Source: Verrucomicrobiota bacterium (GTDB lineage: Bacteria; Verrucomicrobiota; Verrucomicrobiia; Chthoniobacterales; JAFAMB01). Taken from it: 64,000 nt of DNA. Positions within the stretch are counted from its first letter, which is position 1, and every line of letters starts with the position of its first letter. The position numbers and the translations under genes were made by a program. The stretch lies in the NCBI GenBank assembly GCA_019236675.1, contig JAFAIO010000144.1, positions 34 to 64,033 of the forward strand. The letters are read 5' to 3'. Under the pieces are notes generated by a model that did no database searches, had not been told where the DNA came from, and worked only from the letters and a program-made list of their open reading frames with translations. Below, piece by piece: positions 18,114 through 29,635 of the stretch.

Positions 18114-21100
18114 CTGCCCCCTTCCTCCCCTCCATACCCCAGCACCTCGACCGTTATCAGCGACGGCGCGACTTCCTGCTCGGTTGCACTTGTCTGTTGT
18201 CTGGCCACTTCCTGCGCGACGCTGCTATTCGCTCCAGCACTATTGCTCGCGGCGATAGCGGCACTGACATTTGGCCCCACGATCGTCGGGAGGCCGACTG
18301 CGTGCCCTTGAACTTGAATGTTCTGCACATGCAAGATTTCCAGAGCCGCAAGTGTTAGATTGCCGGAAACTCGGATACCCGCTTCGCCGGCATCGATGAT
18401 CCCATTGGGTGCGAACAGATCCACGTTCCCCGGCGGCACCCCGGTCACGCCGACCAAGGTTGCGATCCCAGCGCCGGTTTGGGGTGTGGCGGGGATCTCC
18501 GTCATATTGACCCAGAGGTCATAGAGCGTATTGGGAGAACGCGTTACAATTGAGGTCTGTTTACCCTTTCCTGCATTAATGTCTCCGTGGCTCGACCAGA
18601 TCAAAATATCGCCACCCAATTCGGTGAATATGCGTGATTGCGCCACGACGACGCTCTGGTCAGCAACGATATTGATGTTTCCACCTTCCATAGTGATTAA
18701 CCCGGGTTCCGCCGTATCGGTCTGACCTGTCAAGTTTGGAACATCACTTTCGACGCCGAGGACCACTCCACCTCCCGGGACCATAAGGTTGATGTCACCG
18801 CCTTGTTCGGTCCGGATACGCGCATCATGGTAAAGCGTCAGCGACCCACTATAAGCCGTGGTTGGGACACCAGCTGCTACCGAACTACCAGGAAACAGGG
18901 TCTCGATGGCTTTATAACCCCGACTATAACCGACTTTCGTGGCAGCATACGATTCGCCGCCGGCTTTAATCTCATCGAAGTAAATTTCTGAAATGAGTGG
19001 CCATTGTTTAGCAGTCGATAATTGTTCGAAATCAGCTAACGCTTCGACTGAGGTCAGCGTCGAACCCTCGAGCTGATTCATGTAAGCCACGAGCCGAGGT
19101 AGATAATTCTTCTGGACCGACCCTGCGTTCGCCGGATTCAAATAGGTGTTAATAAACCCGGTGATATCCGCTCCGTTCAAGCCAACACCGACCGATATGT
19201 CGATGTTCGCACCGCCCGGGAGTAAGTAGTATGGATTGTCCGTGTTACCGACGCTTTCGATACCGATACCCTGGGTATTGTATTCGCCCGGCTCGGAGAC
19301 GATATTGCGTCCAGCCTGCACCACCAAAGTTCCCGGCCCCTCAACCCGGATATTGAAAACGTCAGTGCCTAAAATTCCGCCGGGTTGTGCGCTTGTGATA
19401 TCTCGTCCCGCTTCTACCAGCGAAGAATCGTTGGGACTCGTGTTTTCGATGTTAAACACCGGCTGAACAATATCTAGACCTGCCCTAATCAACACGCGTT
19501 CTGGCGTTGCCAGCGCCACACTGTTCAGGCTCCCCTCTACCGCATAAACAACCACGGTATGCGGATCATTAGACAGAACCAGATTGGATGGTGGCCCTAC
19601 AAACACATTACCGGCCGGTCCGACCGGTCCAATATATTCGTAAGCATCTAAAATCGTTCCCGGATAGTCGTAACCCGACGGGGCGGCAATCATGCCCAGA
19701 TCAGGAATACCGCTCGGTTGGAGGTAAACCCCATTTGACTCAATGCTCATATCCGCAGCCGTCATACTGACACCGAAGCCCCGGACATCTTGCTGCGCCA
19801 GAATACTCAGGCGGGCGGTTGGTGCAGGCAACGCAACGAGATAATCGCGGAAAGAGAGATCTCCCATGATCGAGCCGTTCGCGGCGACAAATGAAAGGAT
19901 GGGCGGTGCGAAACTACCTAGCACCGTTACGTCGCCACCTGCGGCGAATTCACTGAAAGAGCTGTTGGCAGTCATGCTGCCAAAAAACCCATAAGGTACC
20001 GGCGCATTGGCCGGATCCGTAAGGCCTGGGTTTAGTCCTTCCAAACCCCAGTACTGGGTCCAGCCACCTTCTTGCTCTGCTATGCCATCATTGTTCTGGC
20101 GGAGTGTACGCGTTGGGTCACCAATCAGCCCATAAATATTTTGTTGCGAATAAACGGTAAATTGGGAGTCGCTGATCATAAAATTGACGCGCTCCTGGAC
20201 CCCTTGGCTGTCTACGGCCGTACCCATATCTGCTGCTTCAATCAACGCGGTGCCTTTTCCGACGTAAAGATTGGCATCGTTCAGCGAGCCGCCGACGCTC
20301 AGATTGAGGTTACCACCGCCGGTGATAACTACCTGGTTGTTGCTACCGACTCGCCCCGTGGTTGGCAGGCTCACGTCTACGTTCGTCATGTTACCGCCAA
20401 CGCTGACGTTAACATTGCCGCCGCCGAGCGCACCTAGTCCCAAGAACCCCGCCACCGTTGGCGCGATGTCCGCACCTATGCTGTTTGCATAAGCCATGTC
20501 CTGGTAATAAGTACCGAAATTGATGAACCAGGTGGGACTGGCTTGGTTTGGTTCGGTCCAAAGCCAATAGGGATCGAGCTCGCTTCCGGCATAACCGCCG
20601 AGATTAGTCGATTGGCTGACCAAGCTGCCTTCGACCTTCACGGTTAGATTGCCGCCTCCGGTCGGATAACTTGGGTATAAAGCCGTCGGGTACGTATTGT
20701 CCCAGGGAACGCCGGGCGATTGATAGCCTAGGTAAGAATTGTTTCCGACCACCGACGAAATATATTGGCGGACCGGCATAGTAAATCCGGCGACCGCAGC
20801 CGACGGCTGGCCTGCGGTATAAATCCCGAATTCTGTCTGGATATCAATGTTGTCTGCGGCCGCCAGCTCTAGGTCGCCTGTTCCGGTGCGAACGACGCTT
20901 GGGATTTCTAAAGCGGCGCCAAGAGGCGAGGAACCGTTGCTATCGACCAGGTAGGGAGCATTGAAAATGACGGAACCCGGCTCGGGATCATTCGTGGAGG
21001 CGGCGGGCACGTTAATCGCCGCTATCAAACCGAGCGGGTCCGCAGCCTTTAAATCAGCGCCTCCAATCAAACGCAGGCTCCACGACGGACCACCCGCCAG

Positions 21101-24100
21101 GGGTGCAATGGCGAAGATCGGGCCGTCCGGAGAAACAACCGGCGCGCTAAATCCGTCGCTGAGGCTGCCGTTGATAATCAGATTGTCAGCCGCCCGTAGA
21201 GTTAGGACGCCCGGCGCTCCGTTAAACCGTAGACCTCCCAGATCGATGCCGTCGTTGTAAATGTAACTCGTACCAGCGTACGGATTGCCAGTGCTATTCG
21301 AAGGGTTAGTCAGAAGGGTCAAATTCCCGTTGCTGCGCAGTTCGATTCCCGGCAACAACTGATACGCAGGATTGCTCGCCAAACTACCCAGGCTGGCGTT
21401 GATTGCGCTGGCGTTGGCCATGAAATTGTTAGCATCAACCACCGCCTGGCTCGTTGTCGTCAGATTCTGATCCACATACGGATTGCTGGTTACATCATAG
21501 ACCGCTACCCCTTCCACGATCAGTTTGTCCGCTCCGGCGACAGTCACTCCCTGATTAGAAATGGCGACGCCAGTGTCATTGATTCGGGGTGCTCGCAACC
21601 AGACTTCATTGCCATTCGGCCCTGTCCCCGAAACGTCGATGATCGAGCCGCCGGCTAAAGTCAACGTCCCACTGCTCTTCCCATCCAGACCAAGAAACAC
21701 GATGCCGCCGGCTCCCTCCGTACTCGTGGCGGAAGCATCCAGAATTGCGGTACTTGCCAGCGTCAGATTGACCCCGGCGGTCAGACGGATGGTGCCGCCA
21801 CTCGGACCGCTGGCGTTGATTGTACCGTAAACCAAGACGCTACCGGTTGAGGCGGAAAGCTCGACATCTTGCGCAGTGATATTTCCGACCGAGATATCGC
21901 CGGTTGCCAATGTAAGCGATTGTTCACCGGTAAAAGTAGTAACGGCGCCAAGCAAACTGGAGGCATCACCGGAGTTTAGGTTCAAGATTACTTTGCCTCC
22001 GGTATACCCTTGCGGTGCAGTACCAAGAAAACTACCGCCTAGCTCTGCTGCCCCGTTCGGAGCGATTACCGTAAAAGTTCCTGCGTCACCGCCAGTATCG
22101 GAGTCTGCAACATCCAGATGCGAAACCGTGGTCGAAGAGAGCGAGCTGCCGCTGACATTGACAACGGCGCCCGGCGCGACAACCACGTTGCCATTGGTGG
22201 TTTGCAACGTGAGCGAACCGGCCGGCGCAATCCGAACCACATCAAAAAACGGGGTTATCTCACCGGCTACACTGATGTCCGCACCGCTGCCTAAGGCAAT
22301 ACCGTTCTGGGCCGTGAAGGTAATCGCTCCGGAGGGTAAAACGATCTTAGTATTCTCAACCATCGTCTGTGCATTTACGTTGAGTGTCGCTCCGCCTACG
22401 GCGACCGAAGTCACAGTGGTAACCGTCCCAGACGGGAGAAAGCTCACGGCGCCGCTGGCTATCAGTTGCGTGACCGCTCCAGCGGCATCATTCAGGTTTA
22501 ATCGAGAATTCACTGAAGTCACTAGCGGTGTTTGGATGGTCAGATTACCAAACACGTCGAAAGTCCCCGGGATGATCTCACCGTTGTAGTAAGTTGTACC
22601 GCCTACGGTCTCCCCGGCGTATGCGGTTGCTACCGCTTTACTGCTGGTGACGTCACCGGTCGCGACTAGCATGACGTTGCTAAATCCATTGAACGTCATA
22701 ATGCCTCCGCCTCCCAGGACAACTTCGGTCGCATCAATCGTAAATTGCCCCTGCCCCACGCCTGTACCGCTGGTGGCAAGCGTCGTACCTGTGCCTACCA
22801 ACGTTACTTTCCCTGCCGTAATGGTGACATTATCGCTAGCTCCACCAAACCCGTTGATGGTCGGTGTCTCCAAGGTCAGCTGGGACAGCAACGGCAACCC
22901 GGTGGCACTGTTAACAATGCCCAGACTGGCTGAGCCGTACACATCGATCTCTTGAGTCGCATTCAGGATGAGGTTGCCGGTCGGGACAACCCCATGACTC
23001 GGATCGCCTTGAGACAACGCCGCCAGCAGACTATTCGTTAATATCAAACCAGTGCTAGCCCCGGAACCAAAAGCAATGATCGGAGTCTGGACCGTGACGG
23101 TCTGACCGCCAAACCGCGCGTTAGGATCGATGCTGATATTTTGCGCACCCAAAAATAGCGTGCTGCCTGCGTAAATGCTGGCTCCCGGGTCGACAGTTAG
23201 GGAGGCACTCCCTTCGGTCTGATTAACCGGAAGCGGATTACCTGCTGCATCCAGTACCGCATCCGATACGAGAAGAAATGCACCCGGACTGGTGAGGGTT
23301 ATCGAGCCCAAGCTCGCTCCGGAAATTGGATCGAGTGGGAACTGCGCGGCGATGGGCGCATATCCAGTTGAATCGATTCGTGCGTTTGCCGCCACCGTAA
23401 TCCCTCCGGTAGCTGTTAACATGATCTCAGGCCCGCGTAACACCGCATTCGCATCAACAATAATCGTTTGAGCGGACGGAGTGATATCCACCGAGCTGTT
23501 GGTCGAATCGAAGTTCCGAACGCCGCCAAGTAGCAAGCTCTGTACGCCAAGTGCGTCTAGTTGACTGGCCTGAATGCCGACATAACCAGGCTGCGCGGTG
23601 TCGCCCGGACCCAGGATATCGAGGTTCCCCACCACGATATCAGCTTGCCCGCCTCGCGCTCCGGGTGCATACGAAAAGTTGGTAGCCCCTTGGAAAACAA
23701 AATTGCCGGTGTTAGTCGTGATATCGACTATAAGATGGCCGGCATCCCGCGCCAGATATGGCGTGACTGTGCTAGTAGAAGTTGCCAGCGCAGGAAAGAA
23801 ACTGTCACCCGTCGCTTGTGTGTACTCTGAATACTCTCTGAGGACGGATCCAGGCGACACCAGAAAGACCGACGGCAACGAGTCTTGTACGTCGGTGTTA
23901 GCTACCATCCGATAGCCGATCACTTGATAGGAACCGTCCGCCAACTCGAGATTAGTCAATCCGGCGGTTGTAGTCTGACCAGCTTCAACGCTCAGTTTGT
24001 AGGCTCCAGGCAACAATGCATAATGTCCAGGTAAAAGGGTGTAATCGCCGGCTAGCAATCCCGGAATAGCAGTCAAATAGACTTGATCCCCAACGGTAAG

Positions 24101-27100
24101 GTTGACCGGAGGAGCACCGCCCGCTGCCGGATTGCTACTCTGCATTACCGGGTCGATAGGAGCGTAGTGGTTACCCAGGCTCGGCAGAATGGCGAAGGTC
24201 TCCGTACCGTCCAACGTGTCGGTCGACCCGCCGGATCCACTGATGAACTGCGTTGCATAGATGTCGCCGCCGCCGGATTCATCGATCATCGCCGCCGGCT
24301 TACCACCGCTCGCCCCGGAGATGGTGACGTTTTGGCCGTAGAAGGCGATTAACTTCTGCGGTGGCGCAAATAGGGTGACGCCGTTATAGTTCCATTGATT
24401 AGCACCGAAGGTGGCGCCGTAAGGAATCAGAGTACCATCCGCCGATACCGACGTGATACTGCCGGGCAACAGGTTAATATTTGTTGCTTGGGTGCCGCTA
24501 CTGTTGGAGTTGCCAAATGTGATTTGGCCAAGCGGAGCCAATATAACTCCGCCTTGGTTAATCGTCGGTGCGACAATCTGCACGGCCCCGGCCGCGGACA
24601 GCGGTACATAGGGAGTTACCCCTGTTCTGGCGAAGGTGATAACGCTATTCATTCCGCTGGCCAGAATCTCAAATAGCGTATTGGCGCTAGTAGTGCTGGC
24701 GTTGGATTGCGGCTCACTCGTAACCGGATAAACCTCTGTCGCGGTGAAGTTGAGGTCTCCCAGCGTGGTTAGAAGGCTGGGACCGGCTAGAGCAGCGTTC
24801 ATTGGGACCAAGCGAATGTCACCGGTACTATTGAACGAGACCGTTTTAAAGCCGGCCAGGGAAACCGGATTCGTGGTGAGTGTGCCATTCTGGGAGGTGG
24901 TTGAATTGTACACGCCATTATAGAGGTACTGGTAAGTCGCTCCGCTGCGCAGGAGCCCTTCGATGTCGATCAGGTCAGCGTTGATATTCAGCACCGCGGT
25001 GCCTGCTACTGGCGTGGAGGTAGCGCTCGGTGGCGTAAAAGCGTCAAACCCAATACCGCCGATATACTCCGTAGTCCCCCCTCGTTGACCACCGCCGATA
25101 TTAACATACGGCGCGCTAAGGGTTACCACCGCGCCGTTGAGCGGAGCTACTACAGCGCCGTCACTAATTACGTCCGTCCCCACTTCGGACAAGGCAATAA
25201 CTGTGCCGTCGCCGATGTTGCGCGCGTTAATTCTTAAGCTCTGGGACAAGCTGAAGTTGACGTTACCGTTGAAAATGACCGCATCGACAGCGCCCAGCGA
25301 CGCGCCGCTAAATCCGCTGTTCATTATTTGATCAGCGCCGATGAAGAGTTCGCCCGCATAGGAGCTGGGGATAGCCTGACCAACCTGCAATCCGGTCGAC
25401 AGCATCGGATCGTTCTGGCTAATAACCAGGAGAAAAACCGGCTGCTCAAAGGTAGGATTGCTGGCGTTGCTGGTATAATCTCCAGCAACCTGATCAACGA
25501 TGAAATTACCTCCGGCGGATCTCGGCCCGCCACCCGCCGCCTTCATAGTGGCGTCGAACCACAGCCCCATCGATGCGGTCACGGCGATCGTGCCACCGTT
25601 ACTCGACACGCTGAGCGGATTTATTAGTTTCCCACTTAGATTCGGCTGAAGATATTGATAAAGTGTTCCGTTGGCTCCGGACACATCGATTAGCGCGCCG
25701 GCCTTTGCCACAACTGTTCCCAGCGGTATATCCACGGCCGGTTGATCTTCCGGATATGGATAATACGGTTCCAGATCCTGGTTAATATTAACTGTACCGC
25801 CATCCAGCAGAACATTTGTCACGCTCCCATTCGGGCCGGCAAATGACTGGATCAAGCCCGGGGCAAGCAATCTGGCATCGGAACCGATCCAGAGAGTCTG
25901 TTCGGCCGACGGGAATGGGGCATCGAACGGCTGTCCTGCAAACCCGGCACCGCCCACTGAAACAACTGGCCCGGATGATCCTGTGAGATCCAAGTCGATG
26001 GTGCCGGCCGGAGCGTAAATAGTTCCGTCAATGGTTAGTTGATGCCGCGCGTGTAACGCAATGGTCGCCTGTGGATCAGCATTAATGATCGCGCCATGGC
26101 CAAAGACGAGATCACCCACGAACGCGTCGGTTGCGCTCAACAGCAGGTTCACTGGGCCCGGGAGTTCGTAAGCAGGCGCTCGGCCGATTGGGGCGATGTT
26201 GGCCGGATCAGAGCCGCTAGGGGAGAAAACCGTGCCTCCATTCGGCACAAAATTGATAGCATGGAGCTCCAGGTCTGTGCCATTCGCGATAGTGACACCC
26301 TGGTAGCTATAAAGCGAATATTGACTGAAGCCGGTCGTCGTAAAGAAGCTTGGGCTGAGCAGAAGCGGCGTGGTTACAGAGGAAGGCGTGCCGCCTGTTT
26401 GGGTCATACCACCACCCTGGCTCGTGCTCCCTACTCCAGCTTGGCCGGATAATGGGGGAAGGGAACCACCGATTTGAATACCGGGGGTCACGATAGTCAG
26501 TTGCCCGCCCGCAGTGAAACCGAAGGAGCGTACGATACCATCTAAATACACCTGGGTCGGATAAGTCTCGGGGACGGTTGAACCTTGAGTCGGATCGGAT
26601 GAGCTAGTCTGGAGCGCATAGTCGTCCGCGAGAAGGGTGATATTGCCACCCGTGCCCACCGAGAGACCGTTGCTATTGGCCTTGATTTTGCCATTAATCT
26701 GAACCCAGCCGCCACTAGAAGCGTCAATCACCGCTCCGGTATCGATCCGCACATCATCATAGCTCTCGATCGTTACGTTCCCACCGTTGTAAAGCGTCGG
26801 GATCACTGCGCCTCGATCCACGAAATCGTTTACCCATAGACCACGCGTATCAATCACGCTGCCGGGCTCGAGGACGATGTCGTATGTCGGCGGGGTTAGT
26901 CGGGGTGCGGCATTGTTAGCATACAATGAAACTGAGCCAGCCGGAGCTATGAGGCTCCCGCTGATTGTGATCGCCGGCGTGGTAGTTGTGACTCCGGCTA
27001 CAGTAGTTGTGAGTCCGCCCGTGGCATTGATAGTGATTGATCCTCCCGGGGCCACTTGCACGCTGGCATTTCCAGTGACCTGAAAGGCGCCGGTTGAAAT

Positions 27101-29635
27101 CGAAATGCTGCCATAGCCAGCCTCGTCGAGTAAAGTAGCAGACAGATATAAGGTTTTCTGCCAATCATCCGGCAATGGTGAAGTATCGGAAGCAAAAGCA
27201 GGCGGTGCAACTACCGGTGCGATCACGACTTGGGTCGGGTTCACGGAACCGCCGATAGTTAGCGACCCTGCAGCTGGCAGCGTCGTAGCGGTACGCTGGA
27301 AGGGCCCGCTAACGGCGGAAGCATTGACTGTGGCATCAAGCTCCGAGTAGGTCGACTCAATGGTTAGGCTGCCCGCCGGTTTCCCTTCTACATACGCGCC
27401 TTCGTAGATTTGGTTCGGCAACATCGGGTTCGCATACGATTCGTTTACTCCCCACCGTGGATGGCTCACACCAAAATGATCTCCGATTGAAACATAAGTG
27501 AGGTCGGCGGGAGCGTTATTAACCGTGTAAAGATGTCCGTCAGCACCCAGCAACCACGTTACCGGAACGTACCCAGCTTGATGGTACAACCAGCCGCCCT
27601 CAATATCGATCGACGATTGCGGTCGCAAAATGGTGTCGCCACCCGCGTCAACCGCGATCGAGCCGCCGGTCGTGAGGCGTTGATCGATGGGCCGCTCGGT
27701 TAAACCGAGCCAGCCGGACACCTCGAGTAATCCGCCCGCCGTATATACTTGCTGGCCGGGCACCACCGTATTTAATCCATTGATGTTGACCCACACGTTT
27801 TGGCTTTCGAGGACGCCGTTTCGCTGGAGCGGCGAATCGCGCAACTCGTTGGCCCGCACATTCACTTGAACCGCGTCATCTTGCGCCGGAACCAACACAT
27901 CCCCAAGCCCGGAAACGTCGATTAAAGCGCCGTTATCCACCCAAACCCGGGAAGTATCCAGCGGACTAGTCGGATTCAAACTGCCGGGATTGTCATCGAC
28001 ATAGAGGTTCGTCCCGAGGCTGGAAACCTCGAGCGCAACGTGGCCGGAAGGTGCGAAAATCGTTGCGTTCGATAGCACATTGATCGTCTGGGCCTCTATA
28101 GAGACGATGGATTGCGGCTGAGTTTGCGTGTCCATCGCCATCGCCCCATTTTCCTCGGGCAAGACGGCGGTGATGCTGCCACTCGCCAAGGTCACGGTGC
28201 CGGTTTGGGTTGCAGAGAGGACGTAACCGGTACCTTGGTTATTAGCCACGATGGTCAGCCCGGCGCTCACCAATGTGCCGTTGTAGATCGGGCCGCCGCT
28301 GCCCGCAAATAGCGTGATCGAGCCGGCTTGATCAACCGACGTCGTTGCCGCTAATACCCCGGATTGACGAACGTTCATACCGGTCATCGTGATGTTGCCG
28401 GTTGACGCCTCGACGAGACCGTTGTTGGTCACTGTCCCGCCGTTGTCCATCAATACGGTTACGCCGCGGATGTTTGGGTTGGTACTGGGGGTTAAGTAAA
28501 CGTCGCTGGGAAACGTGTAGGCTTGAGGACTTGACCGGGGTGGCGACAGCCAGTGGTAGGACGAGACGCCGGGCACTCCACTCGAGCCAGCCGGCAGCAC
28601 GACGACGCTTGGTTGACCGGTGGCAGCCAGCACCGTTTGGCCATCCGGCGTGATGATCGAACCGTCATTCTCAACGTCGCTACCAAAAAGATAAATGCTT
28701 CCACCTCCTGTTTTCACGGAGGCTGGTGGGGATGTCTGGATCACGGCGCCCGCCTTGACAACGATATCCCCTGTCGGCCCCGAGTTGTTGACAAAGGTCG
28801 GAGGATTGATGACCGCATAGAAGCCGGCGATTGTGTATGGCTCTTGATTGATTATTCCGGTCAAAAATTGCGCATCCGTGATTCCGACTGCCGACCCGAT
28901 AAACGAATGCGTGTTTACCTGGCTGGAACCACCGAAGATGATCCCATTTTGGTTAATGATGTACACACTCCCTTGAGCGACGATCGAGCCGAGGATTTGG
29001 CTGGGTAAAGCGGCTGGATCCAATACGCGGTTCAATGCGATCCAGGTGTTACCGGAATTGCCGCCGCCGCTCTGATTGAAATACGCGGTTGTATTCTTGC
29101 CGACGTTAAACGTTTGCCAGTTCAGGATCGCTTTCTGCGCGGTTTGCTGGATCGTCACCATGGTCCGCCCATTCGCAACGGATTGAACCGGCTCGCTCGC
29201 TCCTACCCAATCCGCGTTTTGACCGGTCGCGACCTGCAATCCGCCCGGGATCAATCCATTAGGAACTTCCGGCAACTGTTGCTGCGGATTCTGCGGATTG
29301 ACCCCCAGATTGTTAGCACCCGCTAATGCCAAGTTGCGCGCTGCCTTTTGCATTACCTGCACCGACTGGATGGCTTGGTTCGTTCGCGTCAAAATATCGT
29401 TGGCATTGGTCGGCAGCTGCGACAATGCTGCCTGGTTTCCGCCGTAATAGGCAGCCGCGCCCACTGAGGAACTACCAGACGGACCGTCGTGAAGAATGTT
29501 CCCTGTCCCTGCTATACAGGCCTCTGCTAAGAAAAGGGATAGCACTACTAACGAAGTTCGCCTGAAGCTCGCTTCGGAACACCAACTGGAGCGCTGCCTC
29601 GCTTGCGAGGCCGGAGGGGCCGCCACCCTGCTCAC
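18104..29635 (-). CDS. Giant TpsA/FhaB-family exoprotein (about 3,840 aa from the GTG at 29635; the track ORF of 3,914 aa starts at a TTG at 29848). It has a TPS secretion domain, a long beta-helical repeat body and a DUF3739-like C-terminus.
   Basis: TPS-domain motifs: QKAILNWQTFNVGKNTTAYFNQ, WIALNRVLD and VYIINQNGIIFG. The body has thousands of residues of Gly/Asn/Thr-rich beta-helix-like repeats. C-terminal motifs: HGDINAGKGKQT and IDAGEAGIRVSGNLTLAA. No in-frame ATG precedes the signal-like segment RRTSLVVLSLFLAEACIA; candidate GTG starts are at 29635, 29626 and 29545. Confidence 0.85.
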   Translation of the reverse strand: MSRVAAPPASQARQRSSWCSEASFRRTSLVVLSLFLAEACIAGTGNILHDGPSGSSSVGAAAYYGGNQAALSQLPTNANDILTRTNQAIQSVQVMQKAARNLALAGANNLGVNPQNPQQQLPEVPNGLIPGGLQVATGQNADWVGASEPVQSVANGRTMVTIQQTAQKAILNWQTFNVGKNTTAYFNQSGGGNSGNTWIALNRVLDPAALPSQILGSIVAQGSVYIINQNGIIFGGSSQVNTHSFIGSAVGITDAQFLTGIINQEPYTIAGFYAVINPPTFVNNSGPTGDIVVKAGAVIQTSPPASVKTGGGSIYLFGSDVENDGSIITPDGQTVLAATGQPSVVVLPAGSSGVPGVSSYHWLSPPRSSPQAYTFPSDVYLTPSTNPNIRGVTVLMDNGGTVTNNGLVEASTGNITMTGMNVRQSGVLAATTSVDQAGSITLFAGSGGPIYNGTLVSAGLTIVANNQGTGYVLSATQTGTVTLASGSITAVLPEENGAMAMDTQTQPQSIVSIEAQTINVLSNATIFAPSGHVALEVSSLGTNLYVDDNPGSLNPTSPLDTSRVWVDNGALIDVSGLGDVLVPAQDDAVQVNVRANELRDSPLQRNGVLESQNVWVNINGLNTVVPGQQVYTAGGLLEVSGWLGLTERPIDQRLTTGGSIAVDAGGDTILRPQSSIDIEGGWLYHQAGYVPVTWLLGADGHLYTVNNAPADLTYVSIGDHFGVSHPRWGVNESYANPMLPNQIYEGAYVEGKPAGSLTIESTYSELDATVNASAVSGPFQRTATTLPAAGSLTIGGSVNPTQVVIAPVVAPPAFASDTSPLPDDWQKTLYLSATLLDEAGYGSISISTGAFQVTGNASVQVAPGGSITINATGGLTTTVAGVTTTTPAITISGSLIAPAGSVSLYANNAAPRLTPPTYDIVLEPGSVIDTRGLWVNDFVDRGAVIPTLYNGGNVTIESYDDVRIDTGAVIDASSGGWVQINGKIKANSNGLSVGTGGNITLLADDYALQTSSSDPTQGSTVPETYPTQVYLDGIVRSFGFTAGGQLTIVTPGIQIGGSLPPLSGQAGVGSTSQGGGMTQTGGTPSSVTTPLLLSPSFFTTTGFSQYSLYSYQGVTIANGTDLELHAINFVPNGGTVFSPSGSDPANIAPIGRAPAYELPGPVNLLLSATDAFVGDLVFGHGAIINADPQATIALHARHQLTIDGTIYAPAGTIDLDLTGSSGPVVSVGGAGFAGQPFDAPFPSAEQTLWIGSDARLLAPGLIQSFAGPNGSVTNVLLDGGTVNINQDLEPYYPYPEDQPAVDIPLGTVVAKAGALIDVSGANGTLYQYLQPNLSGKLINPLSVSSNGGTIAVTASMGLWFDATMKAAGGGPRSAGGNFIVDQVAGDYTSNASNPTFEQPVFLLVISQNDPMLSTGLQVGQAIPSSYAGELFIGADQIMNSGFSGASLGAVDAVIFNGNVNFSLSQSLRINARNIGDGTVIALSEVGTDVISDGAVVAPLNGAVVTLSAPYVNIGGGQRGGTTEYIGGIGFDAFTPPSATSTPVAGTAVLNINADLIDIEGLLRSGATYQYLYNGVYNSTTSQNGTLTTNPVSLAGFKTVSFNSTGDIRLVPMNAALAGPSLLTTLGDLNFTATEVYPVTSEPQSNASTTSANTLFEILASGMNSVITFARTGVTPYVPLSAAGAVQIVAPTINQGGVILAPLGQITFGNSNSSGTQATNINLLPGSITSVSADGTLIPYGATFGANQWNYNGVTLFAPPQKLIAFYGQNVTISGASGGKPAAMIDESGGGDIYATQFISGSGGSTDTLDGTETFAILPSLGNHYAPIDPVMQSSNPAAGGAPPVNLTVGDQVYLTAIPGLLAGDYTLLPGHYALLPGAYKLSVEAGQTTTAGLTNLELADGSYQVIGYRMVANTDVQDSLPSVFLVSPGSVLREYSEYTQATGDSFFPALATSTSTVTPYLARDAGHLIVDITTNTGNFVFQGATNFSYAPGARGGQADIVVGNLDILGPGDTAQPGYVGIQASQLDALGVQSLLLGGVRNFDSTNSSVDITPSAQTIIVDANAVLRGPEIMLTATGGITVAANARIDSTGYAPIAAQFPLDPISGASLGSITLTSPGAFLLVSDAVLDAAGNPLPVNQTEGSASLTVDPGASIYAGSTLFLGAQNISIDPNARFGGQTVTVQTPIIAFGSGASTGLILTNSLLAALSQGDPSHGVVPTGNLILNATQEIDVYGSASLGIVNSATGLPLLSQLTLETPTINGFGGASDNVTITAGKVTLVGTGTTLATSGTGVGQGQFTIDATEVVLGGGGIMTFNGFSNVMLVATGDVTSSKAVATAYAGETVGGTTYYNGEIIPGTFDVFGNLTIQTPLVTSVNSRLNLNDAAGAVTQLIASGAVSFLPSGTVTTVTSVAVGGATLNVNAQTMVENTKIVLPSGAITFTAQNGIALGSGADISVAGEITPFFDVVRIAPAGSLTLQTTNGNVVVAPGAVVNVSGSSLSSTTVSHLDVADSDTGGDAGTFTVIAPNGAAELGGSFLGTAPQGYTGGKVILNLNSGDASSLLGAVTTFTGEQSLTLATGDISVGNITAQDVELSASTGSVLVYGTINASGPSGGTIRLTAGVNLTLASTAILDASATSTEGAGGIVFLGLDGKSSGTLTLAGGSIIDVSGTGPNGNEVWLRAPRINDTGVAISNQGVTVAGADKLIVEGVAVYDVTSNPYVDQNLTTTSQAVVDANNFMANASAINASLGSLASNPAYQLLPGIELRSNGNLTLLTNPSNSTGNPYAGTSYIYNDGIDLGGLRFNGAPGVLTLRAADNLIINGSLSDGFSAPVVSPDGPIFAIAPLAGGPSWSLRLIGGADLKAADPLGLIAAINVPAASTNDPEPGSVIFNAPYLVDSNGSSPLGAALEIPSVVRTGTGDLELAAADNIDIQTEFGIYTAGQPSAAVAGFTMPVRQYISSVVGNNSYLGYQSPGVPWDNTYPTALYPSYPTGGGNLTVKVEGSLVSQSTNLGGYAGSELDPYWLWTEPNQASPTWFINFGTYYQDMAYANSIGADIAPTVAGFLGLGALGGGNVNVSVGGNMTNVDVSLPTTGRVGSNNQVVITGGGNLNLSVGGSLNDANLYVGKGTALIEAADMGTAVDSQGVQERVNFMISDSQFTVYSQQNIYGLIGDPTRTLRQNNDGIAEQEGGWTQYWGLEGLNPGLTDPANAPVPYGFFGSMTANSSFSEFAAGGDVTVLGSFAPPILSFVAANGSIMGDLSFRDYLVALPAPTARLSILAQQDVRGFGVSMTAADMSIESNGVYLQPSGIPDLGMIAAPSGYDYPGTILDAYEYIGPVGPAGNVFVGPPSNLVLSNDPHTVVVYAVEGSLNSVALATPERVLIRAGLDIVQPVFNIENTSPNDSSLVEAGRDITSAQPGGILGTDVFNIRVEGPGTLVVQAGRNIVSEPGEYNTQGIGIESVGNTDNPYYLLPGGANIDISVGVGLNGADITGFINTYLNPANAGSVQKNYLPRLVAYMNQLEGSTLTSVEALADFEQLSTAKQWPLISEIYFDEIKAGGESYAATKVGYSRGYKAIETLFPGSSVAAGVPTTAYSGSLTLYHDARIRTEQGGDINLMVPGGGVVLGVESDVPNLTGQTDTAEPGLITMEGGNINIVADQSVVVAQSRIFTELGGDILIWSSHGDINAGKGKQTSIVTRSPNTLYDLWVNMTEIPATPQTGAGIATLVGVTGVPPGNVDLFAPNGIIDAGEAGIRVSGNLTLAALEILHVQNIQVQGHAVGLPTIVGPNVSAAIAASNSAGANSSVAQEVARQQTSATEQEVAPSLITVEVLGYGGEEGGSEQ

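Noticed and set aside
17884-18358. ORFs 17884..18258 and 17942..18358, which translate the heptamer arrays (FHLSPFTFHLSPFT..., CSLLTAHCSLLTA...).
   Set aside because: They exist only because the plus strand of the heptamer arrays lacks stop codons. They also overlap the 3' end of the giant gene in antisense.
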